NCBI GenBank assembly: GCA_051885475.1
Contig: JBJEXE010000025.1
Span: 1 to 44,361, forward strand
Length of the DNA: 44,361 bases
Direction of reading: 5' to 3'
Origin: Alphaproteobacteria bacterium
GTDB lineage: Bacteria; Pseudomonadota; Alphaproteobacteria; CAAHEQ01; UBA3637
The translations under genes and the position numbers were made by a program. The notes beneath the pieces were generated by a model. That model was not told the origin of the DNA. It saw only the letters and a program-made list of their open reading frames with translations, and made no database searches. Position 1 is the first letter of the stretch. The number at the start of each line of letters is the position of its first letter. Below are positions 1 to 8,960 of the stretch, in pieces.

Positions 1-290
1 GTCTTTTCATAGACGGGAATCCGTGTAAATTTATCCGCCAAGATGATTTTTTTTAAGTCTGAAAGTTTGGCCGTCAATGAAATAGCACTGATTTCACTGC
101 GCGGAATCAAGACATCCGCCGCCCGAATATCACGCAAATGAAACAGGTTTTTCATTAAAAGCACTTCGTCATCCGCCACCAAAACCTCATCCCCGCGTTC
201 TTCGCGTTTATCCATAATTTCTTCCAACGTTTCAATGGCTTCTTCTTCCTCGGGGTGCTTTTCAAAAAGAGACTTAATTTTATTCAGCAT
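1..290 (-). CDS. CorC/TlyC-family CBS-domain protein, N-terminal part only (gene runs off the window start)
   Basis: Absent from the ORF track because it has no in-window stop. My minus-strand translation from ATG 290..288 gives MLNKIKSLFEKHPEEEEAIETLEEIMDKREERGDEVLVADDEVLLMKNLFHLRDIRAADVLIPRSEISAI...FTRIPVYEK, which fits the CorC/TlyC pattern (MxPR ... RxPVY). It starts 4 nt after the ybeY stop, the usual miaB-phoH-ybeY-corC order. Confidence 0.7.
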   Translation of the reverse strand, partial: MLNKIKSLFEKHPEEEEAIETLEEIMDKREERGDEVLVADDEVLLMKNLFHLRDIRAADVLIPRSEISAISLTAKLSDLKKIILADKFTRIPVYEK

Positions 291-293
291 ATT

Positions 294-728
294 TTACTCC
301 TTATAAGGATCCGGATAACCCAATTTTTTCATAATCTTGGTTTCCAAGTGTTCCATTTTTTCAGCCTGCTTATCCGTTAGATGGTCATAGCCTTGCAGGT
401 GCAAAGTGCCATGAACCAACAAATGAGATAAATGGGCACCAAAAGATTTTTTTTGTTCCCGTGCTTCACGCACCAAAACACCGTAAGCCACGACAATATC
501 ACCGGCACAAAGGCCTTCGTTTTCAAAAGAAAGAACATTCGTCGGCTTATCCTTACCGCGGTAGTGTTTGTTCAGCTGATGCACAAAATCATCCCCCGCC
601 AAAACAACAGAGATTTCAGCCTGAGGATTTCCCATCCAAGCCGCCTGTATCGCGCGCTTACAAAAAGTCTTTGGACAAATCAAACGCCAAAAATGTTTAT
701 CGCGAATTTGTATGTCAATGTTGGGCAT
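294..728 (-). CDS. ybeY: Endoribonuclease YbeY (rRNA maturation factor)
   Basis: HGTLHLQGYDH zinc-binding motif. I prefer the internal start MPNIDIQIRD (ATG at 728..726) over the 821 start, which would run deep into phoH. Confidence 0.9.
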   Translation of the reverse strand: MPNIDIQIRDKHFWRLICPKTFCKRAIQAAWMGNPQAEISVVLAGDDFVHQLNKHYRGKDKPTNVLSFENEGLCAGDIVVAYGVLVREAREQKKSFGAHLSHLLVHGTLHLQGYDHLTDKQAEKMEHLETKIMKKLGYPDPYKE

Positions 729-1398
729 TTTGTTTTGCTTTTTCGTGTTCGTAAGCGGCGACAATTTTGGACACCAAACCATGACGCACAACATCTTTGT
801 TTGTAAATTCCACAAAGGCAATTTCAGGAACGTTTTTTAAAATCCGTTCGGCTTCGGCCAAACCTGACGCTCCGCCACGGGGTAAATCCGTTTGGGTCAA
901 ATCGCCGTTAATAACCATTCGGGAACCTTCCCCCAAACGCGTCAAAAACATCTTCATTTGCATCGGCGTCGTATTTTGCGCTTCATCCAAAATAATCATC
1001 GCATGGGTCAAGGTCCGGCCGCGCATATAAGCCAAAGGAGCAATTTCAATTTCGCCATTGGCAATTTTTTTGCCAACCACATCCCGTGGCAACATTTCAT
1101 ATAAAGCATCATATAAAGGCCGCAAGTACGGGTCAATTTTTTCCTTGAGGTCGCCAGGCAAGAATCCCAAATTTTCACCAGCTTCCACCGCCGGACGTGT
1201 CAAAATAATTTTTTCCACGCGATTGGCCAGCATTTCATCCACGGCTTTTGCCACCGCCAAATAGGTTTTTCCTGTGCCGGCAGGCCCCATTCCAAAGACC
1301 ATATCGTGCGTATTCATCGCCTCAATAAATTGGCCTTGGATTGCCGTTCTGGGGTTGATATGTTTTAAAGTTGTTTTAAGGGTTAAATTTTCGCTCAT
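715..1398 (-). CDS. phoH: PhoH-like ATPase (YbeZ)
   Basis: Walker A GPAGTGKTYLAV and ILDEAQN Walker B. Conserved position between miaB and ybeY. Confidence 0.9.
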   Translation of the reverse strand: MSENLTLKTTLKHINPRTAIQGQFIEAMNTHDMVFGMGPAGTGKTYLAVAKAVDEMLANRVEKIILTRPAVEAGENLGFLPGDLKEKIDPYLRPLYDALYEMLPRDVVGKKIANGEIEIAPLAYMRGRTLTHAMIILDEAQNTTPMQMKMFLTRLGEGSRMVINGDLTQTDLPRGGASGLAEAERILKNVPEIAFVEFTNKDVVRHGLVSKIVAAYEHEKAKQNAQH

Positions 1399-1459
1399 CT
1401 TGAAGAAACTCCTTTCAATAAATCCAGTCTAACCGATTTTAAAAGGAAATGCAAGCGAG

Positions 1460-2761
1460 CTATTTGATAATTTTCCCCATCAAGGCTGTCGCAGTGGCAT
1501 CGGTAATTTGAACGCGAACAATTTCACCCAACTGAGAAAGCGGGGCTTTCACAACTGTGCCTTGCATATAAGGCGTATAGCCCACCAACTGTCCCCTGCT
1601 CTTACCGCGTTCGGTCAGCAAAACCTCCAAAACTTTCCCCACCGTCCCTTCGTTAAAGGCTCGTTGTTGGGATTGTAAGAGTTTTTGAAGAGCCATCAGG
1701 CGACGCGTTTTGACTTCTTCAGGCACTTGGTTTTTCATCAAACTGGCCGGCGTACCAGGACGCGCACTGAACTTGAAGGAAAAGGAGCTGGCATATTGAA
1801 CGCGTTCCACCAGCGCCAGCGTTTGTTCAAAATCTTCCTCTGTTTCCCCGGGAAAACCGACAATAAAGTCAGACGAAATAGCGATATCAGGACGCACAGC
1901 CCGAAAAGCCGCCACTATTTTTTCGTATTCCGCCACCTTGTATTGGCGATTCATCGCCTTCAAAATTTTATCCGAACCTGCCTGAATCGGCAAATGAATA
2001 TAAGGCATCAACTGGGGCGTATCCGCATGGGCGTCAATCAGGTTTTGCGTAATCTTACTGGGGTAAGAAGTCGTATAACGAAGCCGTTTCAGGCCCTTGA
2101 TTTTAGCCACATCCCGAACAAGGTCCCCCAAATCCCGGCCTTCATCCCCATGCCAGGAATTAACGTTTTGCCCCAACAACATAATTTCTTTGGCGCCGGC
2201 TTTCACAAGGGCTTTGGCTTCTTGCAAAATATCCTTGGACGGACGGGAGTATTCACACCCCCGCGTATAGGGCACCACACAGTAGGAGCAAAAATTATCG
2301 CAACCTTCCTGAATCGCCAAAAAAGCATTCGCTGGACTTGTCGTAGGCATTGGCAGGGCATCAAATTTGGATTCTGCCGGAAAATCAGCCAAAATCAGGC
2401 GTCCTTTTTCCCTTTGGCGACGGGCAATCAATGCCGGCAACTGATGATAATTTTGGGGTCCCACCGCAATATCAATCAAAGGAGAACGACGCAAAATTTC
2501 GCGCCCTTCCGCCTGAACAACACAGCCCGCCACAATAATTAAAGCAGACTTTTTTTTCACCTTTGCCAAACGCCCGATTTCAGAAAAAAGTTTTTCCGAG
2601 GCTTTTTCACGAATATGACACGTATTCAGCAAAAGAATATCAGCTTCGGCCGGTTTGTCCGTTTGTTTAAAACCATGCACTTTTAAAGCATCCACCATTC
2701 GGCCCGAATCATAAACATTCATTTGGCAACCAAATGTCTTTACATATAATTTCTGTGTCAT
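1460..2761 (-). CDS. miaB: tRNA-i6A37 methylthiotransferase MiaB (radical SAM)
   Basis: N-terminal UPF0004 pattern (KTFGCQMN), radical-SAM cluster CDNFCSYCVVP and a C-terminal TRAM-like end. Confidence 0.92.
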   Translation of the reverse strand: MTQKLYVKTFGCQMNVYDSGRMVDALKVHGFKQTDKPAEADILLLNTCHIREKASEKLFSEIGRLAKVKKKSALIIVAGCVVQAEGREILRRSPLIDIAVGPQNYHQLPALIARRQREKGRLILADFPAESKFDALPMPTTSPANAFLAIQEGCDNFCSYCVVPYTRGCEYSRPSKDILQEAKALVKAGAKEIMLLGQNVNSWHGDEGRDLGDLVRDVAKIKGLKRLRYTTSYPSKITQNLIDAHADTPQLMPYIHLPIQAGSDKILKAMNRQYKVAEYEKIVAAFRAVRPDIAISSDFIVGFPGETEEDFEQTLALVERVQYASSFSFKFSARPGTPASLMKNQVPEEVKTRRLMALQKLLQSQQRAFNEGTVGKVLEVLLTERGKSRGQLVGYTPYMQGTVVKAPLSQLGEIVRVQITDATATALMGKIIK

Positions 2762-3498
2762 TTTGACCTTTCCTTTTGTTTTTTATCCACATAACCGGTC
2801 AAACGGTCCTTTAATTCAGTCATTGCTTGGGCTCGGGTGGCAGACTTTTTTAATCTTGTTTCAAAATCAGCATACTCTGTTTCCGTCAAAATTTCCTGCG
2901 CCATTTCCAACAATTTCCGCGTTTTCCATTTGGAGGCATCATTCATAGCGGCCTGACGCTTTTCAGAAGTGATTTGATAATTTTGAAGCAAAACAGAAGT
3001 GCGTGCCGGTGCCGAGCGCGTCAAACTGGGATAATACCATTTGTTTTCCGGGCGTTCCGAGGCCAGCAGCAAAAGGGTATAAGGATGCAAAATTTCTCCG
3101 GCAAAAGAGCTGGCATTTCCCTCATTTTTTTGTAGTTTTTCCAAATACTCTTTCAATTCCCGGCGTCGTTCGGAAGAGGTATCAAAACTTTGTAATAATT
3201 CCGCCAACTTCACCTGTGCTTCGGCATTGCCATTTTCCGCAGCCAACTGATACATATAAAGCGCTTGGCGTTCGTCTTGTTTTAATCCATTTTTCCCCTT
3301 CATATAGCCTTCAGCCATTTTCATTTGAGAGGCATCGTCATTATAAGAGAGGGCGCATACATTCAATGCAACCTGTTCCATTTCAGGTTTATTTTCCTGA
3401 GCGTATTTATCCGCCAACGGACAACGCGCTGACACACAAGGCGCCATCCCTAAAATCAGTAATCCTGAAATTATTTTTCCAAAACAACATCTACCCAT
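2758..3498 (-). CDS. Secreted Sel1/TPR-like repeat protein, function unknown
   Basis: N-terminal signal-like segment GLLILGMAPCVSA. One clear Sel1-like unit (AEGYMKGKNGLKQDERQALYMYQLAAENGNAEAQVKLAELL). ATGA overlap with the miaB start. The start codon is uncertain because it overlaps the upstream gene by 28 nt. Confidence 0.5.
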   Translation of the reverse strand: MGRCCFGKIISGLLILGMAPCVSARCPLADKYAQENKPEMEQVALNVCALSYNDDASQMKMAEGYMKGKNGLKQDERQALYMYQLAAENGNAEAQVKLAELLQSFDTSSERRRELKEYLEKLQKNEGNASSFAGEILHPYTLLLLASERPENKWYYPSLTRSAPARTSVLLQNYQITSEKRQAAMNDASKWKTRKLLEMAQEILTETEYADFETRLKKSATRAQAMTELKDRLTGYVDKKQKERSK

Positions 3499-4280
3499 TG
3501 AATATCCCCCAAAGCCGGCGTATAAGTTCCAAAAAAGGGCTGCTCCATATCCGGATACAAAATGCCTGCCGGCAAGTAAATTTCCTTTTCAAAGGCCAAA
3601 GCGCCCTTCGTATCATAAGCCAACGCGTAAATTTTTTCAGGAACTGGCAGTTTTTCAGAAGTCGTATTTTTTAAAACCCCTTCAATCAAAACGGCCTCTC
3701 CTGTCGGCGTTTTACGAAAACGAACAGATTGAACGGAAAGTTTCGGTAAAACAACAGGCGCCTCCGCCACGGGTGCTTCTTCCGCTACAAAAACGGGAAG
3801 AACAACCGGGGTTGGCGCAACAGGCTTTACAGAAGGCATCTTATGAAGACGCACGGAAACAGGGGGCGAAGTCAAAGGAAAACTTTGATTTTTGAGCATC
3901 CATAAATCACGCCACAACCATCCCATTCCTATCAGGCCAATAACCAAAACAAAACACACCACTATCCAAAAATAAGGCAACGATTTTTTGGGGGGATTTT
4001 TAAGCTGAACCGGCCGAAAAACTTCGGGCAGAACAGGCCGAGAATCAGAAGAAGACGCCGGCGCCGTTTTCACAACAATCCGTTTGACATTTGCATCAAA
4101 AGACAAAACAGCATCTGGCGGTGGTTGTATAGTGGCAGTTTGGGAGAGCTGTTCTTTGGGTTTTGAAGAAAACTCAAAAATATGCTCACAAGCGGAACAT
4201 TGCATTTTCTTGCCATTGAAAATCTTAATTTCCGGCGGAATTTTATATTTTGCAGAACATTTTGGACAAGTAATCAGCAT
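3471..4280 (-). CDS. MJ0042-type zinc-ribbon membrane protein with DUF3426-like C-terminus
   Basis: MLITCPKCSAKYKIP...MQCSACEHIFEF zinc ribbon, one TM helix (YFWIVVCFVLVIGLIGMGWLW) and a Pro/Ala/Val linker. Start chosen at ATG 4280..4278 rather than 4349. Confidence 0.7.
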   Translation of the reverse strand: MLITCPKCSAKYKIPPEIKIFNGKKMQCSACEHIFEFSSKPKEQLSQTATIQPPPDAVLSFDANVKRIVVKTAPASSSDSRPVLPEVFRPVQLKNPPKKSLPYFWIVVCFVLVIGLIGMGWLWRDLWMLKNQSFPLTSPPVSVRLHKMPSVKPVAPTPVVLPVFVAEEAPVAEAPVVLPKLSVQSVRFRKTPTGEAVLIEGVLKNTTSEKLPVPEKIYALAYDTKGALAFEKEIYLPAGILYPDMEQPFFGTYTPALGDIQWVDVVLEK

Positions 4281-4295
4281 TTTTTTCTTTCCCTT

Positions 4296-4323
4296 TTGAC
4301 AAAAATAGTGTACATAGTATATA
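4296..4323 (+). promoter_or_regulatory. Putative sigma70-type promoter for ftsEX operon
   Basis: TTGACA (4296..4301), 16-nt spacer, TATATA (4318..4323), about 48 nt upstream of the ftsE ATG. Pattern match only. Confidence 0.35.
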
Positions 4324-4370
4324 CAAGTTTTTAAAAAAGATGCAAACACTTTTTGAAAAAAGGATAAAAA

Positions 4371-5120
4371 ATGACATCAAATGAAGCTCTTTCACCCGTT
4401 ATTGCCGAATTCAACGGCGTGTCTTTTCGCTATAAAGGCAATACGGATGTCTTAAAAGATATTCAATTTTCATTGGCGCCCGGCTCTTTCCATTTTATGA
4501 CAGGGGAAAGCGGGGCCGGTAAGACGTCTTTATTGGGACTACTTTATTTGGACCATTTGCCCACCAAAGGGCGTGTGCGTTTGTTCGGACAGACGGTGGA
4601 TTCCCTTTCCCGTTCGGCCAAAGCCATGATCCGCCGCCAAATCGCGGTGGTCTTTCAAGATTATCGTTTGTTGGAACATTTAACTGCCTTTGATAATGTC
4701 GCTTTGCCTTTACGTTTAATCGGGGAAAAAGAAAGCGAAATCAGGCGGCACGTTTCCGAACTCTTGGCCTGGGTCGGGCTGGAAAAGCAAATGAAAGCCC
4801 ATCCTCAGGAATTATCCGGTGGAGAACAGCAACGCATCGCCATCGCCAGAGCCGTCATTCATAAACCGTCGTTATTATTGGCAGATGAACCGACCGGCAA
4901 CGTGGATGATGCAATGGCTAAACGCTTATTACATTTATTTTTGGAACTCAACAAATTAGGCACAACAGTGGTGGTGGCCACCCATAATATAGAATTGGTC
5001 AAGACATTTCAATTTCCGCAACTGCATTTAAAGCACGGAAAATTAGAGCTGATTCCCCCCGTTCATTCTTATACAGATATGGCAGCCAGATTGTTAAACA
5101 AAGGAAATAAAGATGCATAA
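4371..5120 (+). CDS. ftsE: Cell division ABC ATPase FtsE
   Basis: Walker A GESGAGKTS, signature LSGGEQQR, Walker B LLLADEPTG. Followed by ftsX with an 8-nt overlap. Confidence 0.9.
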   Translation: MTSNEALSPVIAEFNGVSFRYKGNTDVLKDIQFSLAPGSFHFMTGESGAGKTSLLGLLYLDHLPTKGRVRLFGQTVDSLSRSAKAMIRRQIAVVFQDYRLLEHLTAFDNVALPLRLIGEKESEIRRHVSELLAWVGLEKQMKAHPQELSGGEQQRIAIARAVIHKPSLLLADEPTGNVDDAMAKRLLHLFLELNKLGTTVVVATHNIELVKTFQFPQLHLKHGKLELIPPVHSYTDMAARLLNKGNKDA

Positions 5121-6003
5121 AAAAAATGATTTTTTATTTACAAGGGATTCCAGCCGTTTTTATTTTCCGTGGATGTGTTGGTTGATGGTCTTTATTGGGA
5201 CTTTTATTTGCGGCGGCGGAATGTTGGTTTATAATTCCTTGACAGGATGGCAACGCGGCGTTTCTGAATCCTTGACCGTTCAAATCAACACTTATGATGA
5301 AGAAGGACGCGACAGGGGCGAATTAGTCATACAGGATGTGGAAAAGGCTTTATCCATCTTACGAACGACCCCCGGAGTCATCGGCGCCAGTGTTTTAAGT
5401 GATGCCCAAATGAATGAGCTCATGGCGCCTTGGGTGGGGGCTGATGTAGCCATTACATCGTTGCCTGTTCCAAAATTGATTGATGTGGCAGTGGATACGG
5501 CTGCTCCTCCGTTCTTGGAGCAATTAAAAGTAGATTTAGCCGCTCATGTCCCAGGCGCCACAATGGACAGTCATCGGATTTGGTTGGCCGAATTGGTAAA
5601 ATTGTCGCATCATATTTTAAAGTTGGTGATTTTTGTTTTGGCACTGTTAGCTTTAACCATTGCTTTTACGGTTGCCTATACAACGCGTTCCACTTTGAAA
5701 ATTCATGAATCCGTTATCAAATTGGTTCATATGATGGGCGCCAAAGATTTATTTATTACGAACAAGTATGCTCTTTTGAATTCCAAATATGCCCTGACTG
5801 GCGGTGTGTTAGGGTCGGCATGCGCTCTGCCCTTGTTATGGGTTGTCATTTTATTTTTCAAAGAGACTTCTGATACCATTTTCCAAACGCAATTTTCCCC
5901 CTTGCAATGGGGCATTTTGGGCGGCTTTCCGTTCGCCGTGGCGCTTTTGGCTTTCATCACAACCTTTAAAACGGTTCTTTCTTATTTAAGGCGGTTCTTA
6001 TAA
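5113..6003 (+). CDS. ftsX: Cell division permease-like protein FtsX
   Basis: Four-TM FtsX topology with a large periplasmic loop after TM1. Coupled to ftsE. Confidence 0.85.
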   Translation: MHKKNDFLFTRDSSRFYFPWMCWLMVFIGTFICGGGMLVYNSLTGWQRGVSESLTVQINTYDEEGRDRGELVIQDVEKALSILRTTPGVIGASVLSDAQMNELMAPWVGADVAITSLPVPKLIDVAVDTAAPPFLEQLKVDLAAHVPGATMDSHRIWLAELVKLSHHILKLVIFVLALLALTIAFTVAYTTRSTLKIHESVIKLVHMMGAKDLFITNKYALLNSKYALTGGVLGSACALPLLWVVILFFKETSDTIFQTQFSPLQWGILGGFPFAVALLAFITTFKTVLSYLRRFL

Positions 6004-6578
6004 TGAGACTGGTAAAAACAATTTTAGGGTATTTCATCATTTTAATCGGCGCCATTTGGGCAATCGGCTTTGTCGTATTCGCCGGCATAAGCATCGGGAT
6101 GAAGTATCGCCCGTTGGAATCCGCCGAAGCCATTGTCGCTTTAACCGGCGGCAACGACCGTATCAAAGAAGCGATTCGTTTATTACAAGAAAAAAAAGCA
6201 CCCCGCTTATTTATTTCAGGGGTCAATGAAAATGTAACAGGCTATCATTTGTTAAAAGAAACGCCCCCAAAATGGCAAGATAAAATTGAGCTGGGTTATC
6301 AAGCCAAAACAACCCGTATGAATGCCGTTGAAACAGCCGGATGGATTCAAAAAAATAACATTTCTTCCATTATTTTGGTAACCAGTTTTTACCATATGCC
6401 GCGCAGCTTGTTGGAAATTAAAGAGGCTGTTCCCGGCTTAAAAATTACCCCCTACGCCGTTTTTCCGCACCGTTTTGACCAAGATACAAAGTGGATTCAT
6501 ACGCGTTATGCATGGCAGTTATTTTTAGAATATCATAAATTTTTTGTTGCTTACTTTTTCAAAGGAGTTGTCAAATGA
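6003..6578 (+). CDS. DUF218/YdcF (ElyC-like) family envelope protein
   Basis: N-terminal TM helix, then the ALTGGNDRIKEAIRLL...LFISGV and SFYHMPRS patterns typical of DUF218. TAATG overlap with ftsX. Confidence 0.7.
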   Translation: MRLVKTILGYFIILIGAIWAIGFVVFAGISIGMKYRPLESAEAIVALTGGNDRIKEAIRLLQEKKAPRLFISGVNENVTGYHLLKETPPKWQDKIELGYQAKTTRMNAVETAGWIQKNNISSIILVTSFYHMPRSLLEIKEAVPGLKITPYAVFPHRFDQDTKWIHTRYAWQLFLEYHKFFVAYFFKGVVK

Positions 6579-7288
6579 TTCGTTCTGTTTTATTTTTAAT
6601 CACTTTTTATTTATTCACAGCCTGTTTGTTTATTTTAATGTTACCGGCGCTTTTTTTGCCCAGACGGGTAGAATACGCTTTCCTGTATTTTTGGACAAAA
6701 GGCGCCAGAGCATTACTGTGGGTATTTTGCGGCATTAAAATCAAGGTAAAAGGATTGGAAAATCTGCCCAAAAAGAATGGCTATATTGTGGCGTCAAAAC
6801 ACGAATCTGCCATGGAAACTGTTTTGTTTCACAGCTTAATTCCCAATGTCTTTTATATTTTTAAACAAGAATTATTATGGGTGCCAATTGCCAATCTGCA
6901 CGCCATGAAAACAGGATGTATTGCCATTGACAGAAGTGCCGGCGGCAGTGCGATGCGCTCAATGTTAGAAAAAACAAAAAAGCATTTATCGGAGGGGTTA
7001 AATTTAGTCATCTTTCCGGAAGGAACGCGCGTGGCCCCCGATGCCCCCACCAAGTGCGCCCCCGGTATTGCTTTTTTATATGCCAATTGTGATGTACCCG
7101 TTGTGCCTGTTGCCCTGAATACAGGGTATTGTTGGGCCAAAAATAAAACTTTGAAAAAAGCCGGCACTGTTACCGTGTCATTTTTGCCGGCCCTTGAACC
7201 AGGCTTGGAAAAACGAGAATTTTTACATCAGCTGGATACAGCATTAGAAGCCGAACAAAATAAACTTCCACATCCACAAAAGGGATAA
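6575..7288 (+). CDS. plsC: 1-acyl-sn-glycerol-3-phosphate acyltransferase
   Basis: The acyltransferase block KHESAMET reads as HX4E rather than HX4D. FPEGTR block present. N-terminal TM helix. Confidence 0.85.
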   Translation: MIRSVLFLITFYLFTACLFILMLPALFLPRRVEYAFLYFWTKGARALLWVFCGIKIKVKGLENLPKKNGYIVASKHESAMETVLFHSLIPNVFYIFKQELLWVPIANLHAMKTGCIAIDRSAGGSAMRSMLEKTKKHLSEGLNLVIFPEGTRVAPDAPTKCAPGIAFLYANCDVPVVPVALNTGYCWAKNKTLKKAGTVTVSFLPALEPGLEKREFLHQLDTALEAEQNKLPHPQKG

Positions 7289-7289
7289 A

Positions 7290-8381
7290 ATGCAGTTAAA
7301 AGAACAAAAAATTTGGGCGCTTTATTCGGACACTTCTTTTCAAGAGGTAGAAGCGGCCATCGTTTTGACAGACGGATTGGATATTTTGAACGTGGAAAAT
7401 TCCTTCATGCGTCCTTACTCTTATGAATTAAAAGACAAATTATTGAACATGACTTTTGATCAATTGGCAGATAAAAAATATCTGGATGAATTGGAAAAAG
7501 AGGTCAGTGATTTTTTTATCGAAATTTTAAAAGAGCTTGAAGAATCAAATCCCCAAAAAGCAGATTTAATGGCCCTAATGGGACCCGTTTTTGAAAGAGC
7601 AATTACGGATAAACATGTGCTTGAAATGGTTGATTTTAAAAGAATAGCCACCACCTTTCAAATTCCCGTCATCGGGCATTTTATGCAAGGGGATTTAATG
7701 GCCGGCGGGGTTGGAAGTCCTTTACAATCCGTTTTTTGGGAAAGGATGGCGCAACAAATACAAAAACCAGCCATTGTTGCCAATGTCGGGGGAATTTTAA
7801 AACTGACCTATCTGGGACCCAATGGAGAAATCATCGGGTTTGACGCAGGAATCGGAACGGCTTTAATGGATGAATGGGTCTTTAGAAAAACAGGACAAAG
7901 CCAAGATGAGGGCGGGTGGTTAGCTGCCCAAGGAAAACCCGATATGAGGGTCGTCAAAGTTTTGTTGGAACATCCCTTTTTTAATCAAAAGCCGCCCAAA
8001 GCCGTTATGCGAAAGGAATTTCTTGTTTTATTGGAACAGTTAGACGGACTGTCGGCAGCCGACGGATGTGCTACGTTGGTTTCTTTTTTTGTAGAAAGTT
8101 TAAAAAAAGCATGTGTGTTTTTACCAAGCCCTCCTCTTGGATGGATTTTAACCGGAGGGGGACTTAAAAATCCAAGCCTTGTTTTGGCCCTAAAGCAAGC
8201 GTTTCCAAATATTCAAAAGGGGAGTGAGTGCTTTGCCTTTCATGAGCATTTAAATGCCATCGGAACAGCTTTTTTGGGAGCACGCCAGTTGATGAACCTG
8301 CCCATCAGTTTACCCACAACAACCGGCGTTGTTGAAGCTGTCAGTGCAGGAGAAGTTTTTGATCCCGCACCTGATAAATAA
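7290..8381 (+). CDS. anmK: Anhydro-N-acetylmuramic acid kinase family protein
   Basis: Length and C-terminal LTGGGLKNPSL motif fit AnmK. The N-terminal phosphate-binding motif is degenerate (ALYSDTSFQEVEAA instead of G.MSGTS.DG.D). Confidence 0.75.
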   Translation: MQLKEQKIWALYSDTSFQEVEAAIVLTDGLDILNVENSFMRPYSYELKDKLLNMTFDQLADKKYLDELEKEVSDFFIEILKELEESNPQKADLMALMGPVFERAITDKHVLEMVDFKRIATTFQIPVIGHFMQGDLMAGGVGSPLQSVFWERMAQQIQKPAIVANVGGILKLTYLGPNGEIIGFDAGIGTALMDEWVFRKTGQSQDEGGWLAAQGKPDMRVVKVLLEHPFFNQKPPKAVMRKEFLVLLEQLDGLSAADGCATLVSFFVESLKKACVFLPSPPLGWILTGGGLKNPSLVLALKQAFPNIQKGSECFAFHEHLNAIGTAFLGARQLMNLPISLPTTTGVVEAVSAGEVFDPAPDK

Positions 8382-8919
8382 AAATCTTACTTTTAAACCC
8401 CAAAAGGCGCGAGTTTACAATTTTTTTAGGGGTCCAACCGTCAATTTCAAAAACTTCAGAAATGACAATAGCTGATGGTTTTAGGGTTTGCTTTAATCTG
8501 TTTCCTAAATTCTGGATATGAGCTAAATAGCAAAGAGCGATATCCACATGCTTTAAATTTGTTTCCATGAAATCTGCCCGAATAATTCGGGTGTTTTTAT
8601 ATTTTTTAAGACGCCTTTTGGCGATATTAAAAGGAAAAGGATCCCATTCATAGCCATAAAAATTGTGTTTAGAAAATTTTGGGGCCAGACCAACCAACAG
8701 TGAACCATCCCCGCAGCCCAAATCAGCCACATTTAACGGCTTTTGAGATTGATTTAATACCTTGAAAACTTCCGCAATCAATGTCTTTTTAGTGCGCCCG
8801 AATGAGGGAATATAAGGGGGATTATTCCAGCCCTTAAAAATAAAATAACTAGCAAAAGCATAGGTGCAAAATGCAATTGCTAAAATATAAAACAAACTCG
8901 CGAAAAACAAAAAAAGCAT
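8341..8919 (-). CDS. Membrane-anchored class I SAM-dependent methyltransferase
   Basis: N-terminal TM helix, then motif I VADLGCGDGSL. The 3' end overlaps the anmK 3' end by 41 nt (convergent). Confidence 0.65.
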   Translation of the reverse strand: MLFLFFASLFYILAIAFCTYAFASYFIFKGWNNPPYIPSFGRTKKTLIAEVFKVLNQSQKPLNVADLGCGDGSLLVGLAPKFSKHNFYGYEWDPFPFNIAKRRLKKYKNTRIIRADFMETNLKHVDIALCYLAHIQNLGNRLKQTLKPSAIVISEVFEIDGWTPKKIVNSRLLGFKSKIFIYQVRDQKLLLH

Positions 8920-8940
8920 AGTTTTTTATACTATGCTTTT
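8912..8940 (-). terminator. Rho-independent terminator-like hairpin after the antiporter gene
   Basis: The minus strand reads AAAAGCATAGT-ataaaaa-ACTATGCTTTT followed by TTTTTGTTTTT. This is an 11-bp stem. The distal arm and T-run overlap the ATG and first codons of the methyltransferase gene. Confidence 0.45.
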
Positions 8941-8960
8941 ATGGGAAAATCAAGGCGTTT

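Noticed and set aside
294-821. Longest-ORF start codons for ybeY (821), zinc-ribbon (4349), DUF47 (21662), rnd (27788), cca-like (27726), DUF2062 (31303), lgt (32100), DUF5665 (39976) and lpxI (44142)
   Set aside because: The N-terminal extensions run into upstream genes and read as non-protein-like sequence. Internal ATGs give conserved family N-termini and typical ATGA/TAATG coupling or SD sequences.
1685-2542. 285-aa ORF on the plus strand
   Set aside because: It lies entirely antisense to miaB, whose radical-SAM motifs are unambiguous. Its composition is Arg/Gly/Phe/His-rich junk typical of a shadow frame.
8341-8381. 41-nt convergent overlap of the anmK and methyltransferase 3' ends (plus 4-nt and 9-nt overlaps at radC/lepA and murA/rnd)
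   Set aside because: This is consistent with the generally compact gene packing of the window. It is not evidence of a special mechanism.
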